Of a stretch of 64,000 nucleotides of DNA, positions 50,683-58,966 are shown piece by piece. Location: NCBI GenBank assembly GCA_046328075.1, contig JAXLXG010000016.1, positions 55,196 through 119,195 of the forward strand, written 5' to 3'. Both the position numbers and the translations under genes were made by a program. This DNA comes from Candidatus Sericytochromatia bacterium (lineage in GTDB: Bacteria > Cyanobacteriota > Sericytochromatia > UBA7694 > JACMQJ01). Under the pieces are notes generated by a model, which had not been told where the DNA came from, made no database searches, and was given only the letters and a program-made list of their open reading frames with translations. How positions within the stretch are numbered: position 1 is the stretch's first letter; each line of letters starts with the position of its first letter.

Positions 50683-53600
50683 ATGACTTTTTCTAATGTT
50701 AATGTTTTCAGAAATACTGTTGTTGGTTTAAGAGCCAGTGAACCAGGAGCAACAGCTGATAAAATTGTAAGAGGTGGAGCATTTGCCCCTGATACAAAAG
50801 AAGCTGTTTCAATGATGCGTTCGGATCTTGATAATCAATGGGAAAATAGTTATATAGTAAAATATCAAGCTTTAATGCAAAATAGATTAAATAGATTAAA
50901 GCAGGATTTAACAAATGCTTATAAAGCTATATTGGAGGTATCCTCTGTCCAACAGATAAGAGAAAATGGTTTAACTACTGCAAATTCTGCTGTTACTGAT
51001 GTATATGGCAAAATGATCAATAATGCAGGTGAAGCATTTAAAAGGTTAAAGTACTATAATAACGAAAGTGAATTTACTGGGGATGATGCTAATGATGGTA
51101 GTTCTTCTGATGGTACACCTAGTTATTTATTAGATATGAATTTAAAACAATTAGGTAGTTCAGGCGATGGGACAGGAACTAATGCAAGTAGAGCAGGAAA
51201 AATAGAGATGAGGAAACTCTATGTTACAGGTCCAGCTTTACAAGTTAGCAATTCTATGAAAGTTGCTCTAAGAACTGAAGAAGTACCACCTGAATATAAA
51301 AACCCTCAAATACCTCTTATTGGGGCTCTTTTACCTGGTGAAAAAGGCTTTACTCCTGCACAAAAAATAGCAGAGTATAGTGCAGATGTTAAATCTGGTG
51401 GATTCTGGACAACTTTAAATTATCTTTATAATTTTGCTCCAAGAGAAATGAAATATAGCTACCCTACAGCATATAGTACAAACTCAGAAGAAGCTGGTTC
51501 TAGACAAATTGCTGCTGGAACAGCAAATCAAAGACAAGCAACCATATTTAATGGTGAAGTAACTGATGCTAGAGATGTTTTTGCTCCATCTGGTGGTTTT
51601 CTTAGTTTTGGTGATTATAAGGCAGGGGGGCAATTCGAAGATAGTTCAATACCTAGCTATACTTCAAATAATGGAGATAAACCACCTACTGGTGCTAGAA
51701 TAAAATGGCAAGAAACTGATGCTAATAGTGGATATCAAACAGAAAGAAGCCCAATTATAATTCAAAGAGATAATAATCAAAATACTTATAATAGCAGTGT
51801 TCTATCAAGAATATATTCGCCTCTTGATTCAAGGGTAATAACTAGAAGAGAGTCAGATAATGATAATAACTTCGATTTAAATAAGATTAGACTTGCTGAT
51901 GCCACAATAAAAACATTTACTGATTATCCTAATGGTAATCCTAATAAACTTACTTATTACGGAACAGAAGATTCTTTTGGTTCTACAGTAGGTATGGATG
52001 ATCGTATTAAGTGGGAATACAATCATGATGGAGTTGGAGCAGCAGATTTTGACCAAAATGGTATTGATGGTGGCGATGTCCATGTAGCTAAAAGTATATT
52101 TTTAAACCATTATACAGTACAAACCCAAGAGATTGAACTTAATTCAAGCTCTTTATCTTCTGGTAAAGTCAAAGCATTAGACTATGATAGTGTAACTAAT
52201 GACAATGATTATCAACAAATGACTTTGAGATCAGCAGGTTTAGACGGATCAATTGAGCACGTCTGGAATGATGAAGATAAAGATAAAAGAGTTGACAATA
52301 ACAAAGATGAAAAAGTTATGGTTGGTGGATCTAGCAAAATATCTAAAAATTTTGATGGTAAATTTGTTAGTGATCTCTATAAACTCAATAGTTTCAATGG
52401 TCAGAATATAGCAACAGAAAGTGCTAATGTTAATATAACTACAAAAAATGATTCTGATAAAGTTGTAATTGCAGAATATGAAGGATTTAAAAGAGCTCAA
52501 ACCATGAATGCAGGTCTAGCTGAAGATTTATTCTCATCAGTAAATAATACTCCTAGAACTGAACAAGATGCAAAAAGATTAGCTAAAAAACTGGAAACAG
52601 AAATTAATGCGACTACAATGGTTGATACAGATTGGCATTATGCAGAACATAAAACTAATAGTAGTGTTATGTTTAGATTTATTGATAAAGTATCATTTAA
52701 AACACCATCAGGTGGCTCAGATAGTGTTAATGTTCTTTACCGTTCTGATATGATTGAGGGTGGTGCTGGTGGAAATTTTAATAATGTAACTGTAGGTTTT
52801 AGAAAAACATTTAAGTTAGAACCTAGAGACTTCCAAAAAGCTGTATATGCTCCACCAACTAATGCAGATATATATATTAATACTCCTAGCTATGTTGATC
52901 AAGATGTTTGGGTTGATGCAATAACAACAAACTCAAGTACTGGAACTGGAGATGGTTTAGGTGGTGCCAGTGATGCTGGGGGCTTAGTTGTAAATGGAAA
53001 AATTGTAACTGGAACAAATATGGGTGGGGGTAGATTTAGATATAATTTAAAGGGTTTCTTACAATCTGGAGATAATGTTATTGGTGCCCAAGTTAAATTT
53101 GATATTGCTGGAACAAATGATAGTTTCAAGTTAGAACCAGTTACAGGCTTAAACACAACTGCTATAAATAACTGGATAAATGGTAGAGTTTCTACAGATA
53201 GACTTCAAAACGGTGATTCAGATCCGACATTAACTAAGCTAAATGATCCTACTTTACCTAATAACTTATCATCATGGCAAACAAAAATGATGGTCAGAAA
53301 AGCTGGTGACTTTACTATTGCAGATATTATTCCTAATATAGATACAAATGGTGATGGTATTCCTGATCCTGTAGATGCGAATGGCACTGGTGGACCTGAT
53401 ATAGCAGAATTTAATGCAGCTTTTGCAAATCCTAAAAAACCAACAGGAGCAGAGCTTAATGCAGCAAACCCTCTAATGCTAGATTATTTATCAAGATTTC
53501 AAAAAAAGTACAAAGAAGAACTTGACTCATTAGCTTCTGTTGATACAGTTACTAAAGTTAAAGATAACAATACATTTGCTAATATGTTAACCAAATCTTT

Positions 53601-53790
53601 GAATAAAAAAGACTATCAAGATATATTTAATTTAGGATTATTAAATACTGAGCTTGGAAAGACAATGGTTATTAAAGCTCAAGTTAGTGCTCCAACTGGT
53701 GGTTCAGTTAATGCAACAATGGATATACAATATGATCCAACTAGTAATAAATTTATTTTAGTACAAAATAAATTTGATGCTATGGGTTAA
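50683..53790 (+). CDS. Large Cys-free Thr/Asn/Gly/Asp-rich structural-type protein (1035 aa); candidate S-layer, surface-array or capsid-like subunit; no signal peptide
   Basis: Zero cysteines in 1035 aa. No hydrophobic N-terminus. Gly/Asp clusters resemble Ca-binding loops (DTNGDGIPDPVDANGTGGPD, GGAGGNFNN, GDGLGGASDAGG). AGAGG RBS. Elevated GC. Confidence 0.7.
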   Translation: MTFSNVNVFRNTVVGLRASEPGATADKIVRGGAFAPDTKEAVSMMRSDLDNQWENSYIVKYQALMQNRLNRLKQDLTNAYKAILEVSSVQQIRENGLTTANSAVTDVYGKMINNAGEAFKRLKYYNNESEFTGDDANDGSSSDGTPSYLLDMNLKQLGSSGDGTGTNASRAGKIEMRKLYVTGPALQVSNSMKVALRTEEVPPEYKNPQIPLIGALLPGEKGFTPAQKIAEYSADVKSGGFWTTLNYLYNFAPREMKYSYPTAYSTNSEEAGSRQIAAGTANQRQATIFNGEVTDARDVFAPSGGFLSFGDYKAGGQFEDSSIPSYTSNNGDKPPTGARIKWQETDANSGYQTERSPIIIQRDNNQNTYNSSVLSRIYSPLDSRVITRRESDNDNNFDLNKIRLADATIKTFTDYPNGNPNKLTYYGTEDSFGSTVGMDDRIKWEYNHDGVGAADFDQNGIDGGDVHVAKSIFLNHYTVQTQEIELNSSSLSSGKVKALDYDSVTNDNDYQQMTLRSAGLDGSIEHVWNDEDKDKRVDNNKDEKVMVGGSSKISKNFDGKFVSDLYKLNSFNGQNIATESANVNITTKNDSDKVVIAEYEGFKRAQTMNAGLAEDLFSSVNNTPRTEQDAKRLAKKLETEINATTMVDTDWHYAEHKTNSSVMFRFIDKVSFKTPSGGSDSVNVLYRSDMIEGGAGGNFNNVTVGFRKTFKLEPRDFQKAVYAPPTNADIYINTPSYVDQDVWVDAITTNSSTGTGDGLGGASDAGGLVVNGKIVTGTNMGGGRFRYNLKGFLQSGDNVIGAQVKFDIAGTNDSFKLEPVTGLNTTAINNWINGRVSTDRLQNGDSDPTLTKLNDPTLPNNLSSWQTKMMVRKAGDFTIADIIPNIDTNGDGIPDPVDANGTGGPDIAEFNAAFANPKKPTGAELNAANPLMLDYLSRFQKKYKEELDSLASVDTVTKVKDNNTFANMLTKSLNKKDYQDIFNLGLLNTELGKTMVIKAQVSAPTGGSVNATMDIQYDPTSNKFILVQNKFDAMG

Positions 53791-53829
53791 TTATGATTAA
53801 AATATTTTTATAAAGGAAGGTAATTATAT

Positions 53830-54384
53830 ATGGGCATAGAATTAGTAAAAAATCAAAACTTAGCTCAATATGCAAGTTTATTAGCTAACCCTCAGTTTTT
53901 AAATGCTATAAAATCAGCTACAAAGAATGATAAAACAGGCAAATACAGTTCTTTACTTGAAAATCTAGAAAAACTTAGCAGTTCTTTAGAGGAAAGTAAT
54001 TCTGATACAAAAACAACTGAAACGGATTCAGGTGAAAGTTTAAGCTTACTAAAATCTGTTATGCCTCAATCTAGTGTAGGTTCAACAAATAAATCAGGTC
54101 AACAAAGTTTAGCTATGGATGATTCTATTAGAGAGGCAATAAATCAACTTATAGCAAATGCAGAGATGATGGAAGATATGTTAGATCTTGAGGTTACACC
54201 ATCAGGTGATGAGTTTACAAATCTTTTAGCAAAATTCCGTGAAATAATTACTAAACTTGATCAAGAAACCAGAAAAATACACGATGAAGTTAAGGAAAAG
54301 AAAACTAAAGAAGAATTTAAACTTACTCCATCAAGTAATTCAAAAAGTGGTTTTAATGAATCAATAACTTTATTAGCTAAGTAA
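53830..54384 (+). CDS. Acidic Cys-free helical protein (184 aa); chaperone- or scaffold-like candidate
   Basis: AAGGAAGG RBS. Ser/Glu/Leu-rich and predicted helical. Its stop abuts the TPR gene start (TAAATG). Confidence 0.5.
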   Translation: MGIELVKNQNLAQYASLLANPQFLNAIKSATKNDKTGKYSSLLENLEKLSSSLEESNSDTKTTETDSGESLSLLKSVMPQSSVGSTNKSGQQSLAMDDSIREAINQLIANAEMMEDMLDLEVTPSGDEFTNLLAKFREIITKLDQETRKIHDEVKEKKTKEEFKLTPSSNSKSGFNESITLLAK

Positions 54385-55284
54385 ATGTCAAAAACTAAAA
54401 TAGAAGAACTTATAAATAAAGGTACTAAGTATATAAAAGATAAAGAATATGACAAGGCCGAAGCAACTTTTAATGAAATAATAAAAATTGATTCAACCTT
54501 ATCTTTACCTTTTATAAATCTTGGAATGGTTAGACTCTTAAATCAACAAGTAGATTCTGCAATAGACTTATTTAATAAGGCTTTAGAACTTGATCCTAGA
54601 AGCTTAGAATCTTACCAGAATTTGGGAAGTTGTTATTTTTATAAAGAAGATATTGAAAAAGCTGAATCTATGTATATTAAAGCTTTACAGATAGATCCTT
54701 CAAATTTTAATACATATCATAATTTAGCTTTTTTATATATTAATTCTCAACAATGGAATAAAGCTAAAAATCCTTTAGAAAAAATAATTCAAATTGATGA
54801 GAATAATATTCAAGCATCATTTTATTTAGCAATGATTTATTTAAATTCTAAAGAATACTATCCAGCAATAGCGAACTTTTTATATACTCTTAGTATTAAT
54901 CCTAATTATAGTAGTGCTAGAATTGGATTATCTGATTGTTATTATAAAATAGGTCGTTATAAATCTGCTTTATCTGAGTTAAATAAGATAATTGAAGCAA
55001 TTCCTGATTTTGTTACACCTTATGTTAAATCAGCTTTGATACATATAGAAATAGGTGAAAAAGATAATGCAATACCTCTCCTTGAAAAAGCTGTTGAATT
55101 AAATGAAAATAATCTTGATATATCAGAAATATTAGCAGTTATATATGAGGAAAAGGGTGAGAGGGAAAAAGCTGAACAACTTTATCAACATATTTTAATT
55201 AAAGATTCAGAAAATAAAAGTGCTTATGAAGCTCTAGAAAGAATAAAAGAAGTTTCTGCAAAACTTTCTGAGCAGAATAGTTAA
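54385..55284 (+). CDS. Tetratricopeptide repeat protein
   Basis: About seven 34-aa TPR units (A..YN.G......A...Y..AL..DP). 299 aa. Confidence 0.7.
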   Translation: MSKTKIEELINKGTKYIKDKEYDKAEATFNEIIKIDSTLSLPFINLGMVRLLNQQVDSAIDLFNKALELDPRSLESYQNLGSCYFYKEDIEKAESMYIKALQIDPSNFNTYHNLAFLYINSQQWNKAKNPLEKIIQIDENNIQASFYLAMIYLNSKEYYPAIANFLYTLSINPNYSSARIGLSDCYYKIGRYKSALSELNKIIEAIPDFVTPYVKSALIHIEIGEKDNAIPLLEKAVELNENNLDISEILAVIYEEKGEREKAEQLYQHILIKDSENKSAYEALERIKEVSAKLSEQNS

Positions 55285-55401
55285 GCATTGTTGTTTATTT
55301 ATTAAATGATTGTAAATTGTTTATTGTTATATGTATCTAAAAGAATTTATTAAATTATAATAGTTTTAGATCCTATCAGATTTTATTTGGAGATTTTTTT
55401 A

Positions 55402-56076
55402 ATGGGAAGTTTGTCTATAAATAACCTTATAGTAAGTATTGGTGTTGCTTTTGATGCTCAACTTAAAGCAGCAGATAATCTATTTTTCTCAGCAGCAGTT
55501 GATTTTACTGATCCTACTAGACCAATGTTTGGTGGTGCTCTTGGTACAGCATCTGGAGCTTCAACAACTTTATATAATGCTGCTCAACCAGGTGTTGGTT
55601 ATTCTAGTGCCAATAATGCTATTTCAGGAGATCCTGTTACAGTTAGACAAACAGTAACAGCTGAGGGTCCTAGATACCAAGTAACAGATGGCAATGGTAG
55701 AGAAATAAAAATAGAAGCTCAATCAACTGCAGGTCCATATAGAAATATTCCAAGATATATGGTTAAATCTGATGGTATAGTTTATGATGTGTTATCACCT
55801 ACCACTACAGCTGGTACAGGACAATTTGGTATTTGTGACAATACTAAAGCAAATGGTTCACCTGGTTTAACTTCATTTGCTCCTGGTGCTAATGGTATAA
55901 CAATTGCAGAATTTGCAAGACCTGTTGGAAGAATCACATTTAAAGCAAAAGAAGGTGCAACTCTTGCACGTGCACAAGATGACTTACAAAGAGTTGGAAG
56001 TATAGTTCAATTATTAACTAGATTATTAGAATCAGTTCAAGATGAATCTAAAGGTTTTAGTAGTTTAATAAGATAA
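55402..56076 (+). CDS. Island protein (224 aa), Gly/Thr/Ala-rich hypothetical
   Basis: ATG at 55402 with an upstream GGAGA. The track ORF starts at a TTG at 55387. One Cys. No signal peptide. Confidence 0.5.
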   Translation: MGSLSINNLIVSIGVAFDAQLKAADNLFFSAAVDFTDPTRPMFGGALGTASGASTTLYNAAQPGVGYSSANNAISGDPVTVRQTVTAEGPRYQVTDGNGREIKIEAQSTAGPYRNIPRYMVKSDGIVYDVLSPTTTAGTGQFGICDNTKANGSPGLTSFAPGANGITIAEFARPVGRITFKAKEGATLARAQDDLQRVGSIVQLLTRLLESVQDESKGFSSLIR

Positions 56077-56146
56077 CATTTTAATAACATAAAAAGAGCT
56101 TTAAGTAAAACTTAAAGCTCTTTTTATTATTTTTACTAAACAATAT

Positions 56147-56698
56147 TTATTTCTTTTTAAAAAAAATTTTATATATACCAAATCCAATTAATGATAATGA
56201 AATAGCCATTATACTACTTTTTACAATAGGTGACTTTAAAAGTTCTTGTGGATTTTCTGGTATGCTATTTGACACTTTTTCAGAGATTTTTTCTATTGTT
56301 TCATTAATAGGCTCTTCTAAAGCTGAGTATATTTCACTTATTGCGTCATCTGCTACTTTAACAGTTTCATCAATAGCTTTTACTGCATCAGTAACCGCTT
56401 TAACTGTTTCTGTAGCTGAATCTATTGTTTTCTGAATATTTTTTGTTGCCTCATCTACTTTTTTAGATAAATCTTTTTTATCATCTGTAACAGAACTTAT
56501 AATATTTGATGCTGATTTGATTGTTTCACTTGCTGAAGTTACTACATCACTAATAACCTTAACTGTATTTCCTGCAACTTCCATAGTATTAGAAAATTTT
56601 TCACTTGATAGCTCTAATGATAAAGAATTTTCATCTTTATTTTCTTCTTTTGATATATCAATTTTTTCAATCTCATTACTCACATTTATATTTGTCAT
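56147..56698 (-). CDS. C-terminally anchored (tail-anchored) protein with amphipathic 11-mer-like repeats
   Basis: Repeats of T..K(A/S)V(T/S)DA.K.ID. A single C-terminal TM (IMAISLSLIGFGIYKIFF) is followed by KKK. Confidence 0.4.
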   Translation of the reverse strand: MTNINVSNEIEKIDISKEENKDENSLSLELSSEKFSNTMEVAGNTVKVISDVVTSASETIKSASNIISSVTDDKKDLSKKVDEATKNIQKTIDSATETVKAVTDAVKAIDETVKVADDAISEIYSALEEPINETIEKISEKVSNSIPENPQELLKSPIVKSSIMAISLSLIGFGIYKIFFKKK

Positions 56699-56850
56699 AA
56701 TTTTATCCTCTTACAATAATTTAACTTATTGCAATATATCTTAACATTACTTTACAGTTGTGTCAATTTAAATTAAGGTTTTTCTTAGTAATTATTTTTA
56801 CTTTAGTATATTATAATTACCTTGTTAAAAATTATTTTTTGAGGATAGAT

Positions 56851-58854
56851 ATGAAGTCTTTTAAAGAACAAATACTTGAAGGAATACCAAATACATTACC
56901 AGAGTTAAAGACATTAAGAGAAAATATAAATCATGCACCTAAGAGAAAAGATGTTTTAAATCAAGAAGAAAAAGTTTTAGCAATAAAGAATGCTCTAAGA
57001 TATTTTAAACCTGAATTTCATGAAGTATTAGCTAAGGAATTTTATCAAGAGTTAAAAGATTATGGTCATATTTATATGTATCGTTTTAAACCAGATTATG
57101 AGATATTACCAAAAAATATAGAAGAATACCCTTATAAGTCAAAACAAGCAGCTGCAATAATGCTTATGATTTCAAATAATCTCTGTGATGCTATAGCTCA
57201 ACATCCTGATGAATTAATAACTTATGGAAGTAATGGTGCTGTTTTTCAAAATTGGATTCAATATAGACTTGTAATGAAATATCTTGCAGAAATGACAGAT
57301 GAACAAACATTAGTTTTATATTCTGGTCATCCATTAGGAGTTTTTCCTTCTCATAAAGATGCTCCTAGAGTTGTTGTTACAAACGGTATGGTTATTCCAA
57401 ATTATTCTAAGCCTTTAGATTGGGAAAAATTTTATGCATTAGGAGTTTCTCAATATGGACAGATGACTGCTGGAAGTTTTATGTATATAGGGCCTCAAGG
57501 AATTGTACATGGAACAACAATAACAATTCTAAATGCTGGTAGAATAAAAATTAAATCAAAAGATGGATTAAAAGGAAAACTTTTTGTTACTTCTGGATTA
57601 GGTGGAATGAGTGGTGCTCAAGCAAAAGCAGGTGTTATTGCAGGAATTATAACAGTTGTTGCAGAAATTAATCCTAAGGTTGTACACACAAGATATTCAC
57701 AAGGTTGGGTAAATGAAGTTTTTACAGATTTAAAAGAATTAGTTAATAGAATAAAAAAAGCTAAAGAAAATCAAGAAGCAATTTCTCTTGCTTATCAAGG
57801 AAATATAGTTGATTTATGGGAGTTTTTCTTAAAAGAAGGTATTCATGTAGATTTAGGCTCAGATCAAACATCATTACATAATCCATATGCAGGTGGTTAT
57901 TATCCTGTAGGATTTAGTTATGAAGAATCTAATAAAATGATGGTAGAAAATCCAGAAGAGTTTAAAAACCAAGTACAAAAAACACTTGTAAGACATATAG
58001 AATCTGTAAATTCTTTATCAGAAAAGGGTATGTATTTTTGGGATTATGGAAACGCATTTTTATTAGAATCTTCAAGAGCAGGAGCTAATGTTTTAAAACC
58101 TAATGGTAGTTTTAAGTATCCTAGCTATGTTGAAGATATTATGGGGCCTCTTTGTTTTGATTACGGATTTGGGCCATTTAGATGGGTTTGCACTTCAAAT
58201 GACCCTAACGATCTAGATACTACAGATAAAATAGCAACTGAAGTTTTAGAAGAAATGATAAAAAATGCTCCTGAACAAATCAAGCAACAACTAGAAGATA
58301 ATTTACATTGGATAAAATCAGCAAAAGAAAATAAACTTGTTGTAGGTTCTCAAGCAAGAATTTTATATGCAAATACAGATGGAAGACTAAAAATTGCTCA
58401 AGCTTTTAATAAAGCAATAAAAGAAGGAAAAATATCTGCTCCTATTGTTTTAGGTAGAGATCATCATGATGTATCAGGAACAGACTCACCTTATAGAGAA
58501 ACAGCTAATATATATGATGGTTCAAGGTTTACAGCAGATATGGCAATTCATAATGTAATTGGAGATAGTTTTAGAGGGGCAACTTGGGTTTCAATTCATA
58601 ATGGAGGTGGTGTAGGTTGGGGAGAAGTTATTAATGGTGGTTTTGGATTAATGCTTGATGGTTCTGAAGATTCAGATAGGAGATTAAAATCAATGCTATT
58701 TTGGGATGTTAATAACGGTATAGCAAGAAGAAGTTGGGCAAGAAATGAAGGGGCTATATTTGCAATAAAAGAAGAAATGGAAAAAGAAGAAGGTTTAAAA
58801 GTTACAATTCCGTATATTGCAGATGATAGAATGTTAAAAGCTATTATAGATTAA
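56851..58854 (+). CDS. hutU: Urocanate hydratase, long form (about 667 aa)
   Basis: Conserved urocanase blocks (GSNGAVFQNW, MTAGSFMYIGPQGIVHGT, GLGGMSGAQ NAD-binding, C-terminal HNGGGVGWGE). ATG at 56851 with AGGA upstream is the likely start rather than the track start. Confidence 0.85.
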   Translation: MKSFKEQILEGIPNTLPELKTLRENINHAPKRKDVLNQEEKVLAIKNALRYFKPEFHEVLAKEFYQELKDYGHIYMYRFKPDYEILPKNIEEYPYKSKQAAAIMLMISNNLCDAIAQHPDELITYGSNGAVFQNWIQYRLVMKYLAEMTDEQTLVLYSGHPLGVFPSHKDAPRVVVTNGMVIPNYSKPLDWEKFYALGVSQYGQMTAGSFMYIGPQGIVHGTTITILNAGRIKIKSKDGLKGKLFVTSGLGGMSGAQAKAGVIAGIITVVAEINPKVVHTRYSQGWVNEVFTDLKELVNRIKKAKENQEAISLAYQGNIVDLWEFFLKEGIHVDLGSDQTSLHNPYAGGYYPVGFSYEESNKMMVENPEEFKNQVQKTLVRHIESVNSLSEKGMYFWDYGNAFLLESSRAGANVLKPNGSFKYPSYVEDIMGPLCFDYGFGPFRWVCTSNDPNDLDTTDKIATEVLEEMIKNAPEQIKQQLEDNLHWIKSAKENKLVVGSQARILYANTDGRLKIAQAFNKAIKEGKISAPIVLGRDHHDVSGTDSPYRETANIYDGSRFTADMAIHNVIGDSFRGATWVSIHNGGGVGWGEVINGGFGLMLDGSEDSDRRLKSMLFWDVNNGIARRSWARNEGAIFAIKEEMEKEEGLKVTIPYIADDRMLKAIID

Positions 58855-58896
58855 ATTATTTTACTTGAGTCAACAAATATATTTTTAATATAATCG

Positions 58897-58939
58897 CTAT
58901 ACTTGTGCTTACTAAGTATTTCACATAACAAGTATAGCT
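58897..58939. terminator. Inverted repeat between convergent hutU and the substrate-binding-protein gene
   Basis: GCTATACTTGT ... ACAAGTATAGC, an 11-bp stem, in the 112-bp convergent intergenic region. Confidence 0.35.
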
Positions 58940-58966
58940 GATTCCCATTCTTCAATACTTTTAGGA

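Noticed and set aside
55439-55657. 72-aa Leu/Gln-rich + strand ORF overlapping the 55402 gene
   Set aside because: It is an alternate frame of a Gly/Ala/Thr-rich gene. The composition is an artefact of frame shift (GCT GCT to LL, CAA CAG).
44333-56076. Prophage or phage-derived island
   Set aside because: No integrase, terminase, portal, tail, lysis or tRNA attachment signatures were recognised. The evidence is only compositional plus structural-like proteins, so I left it as an unclassified module.
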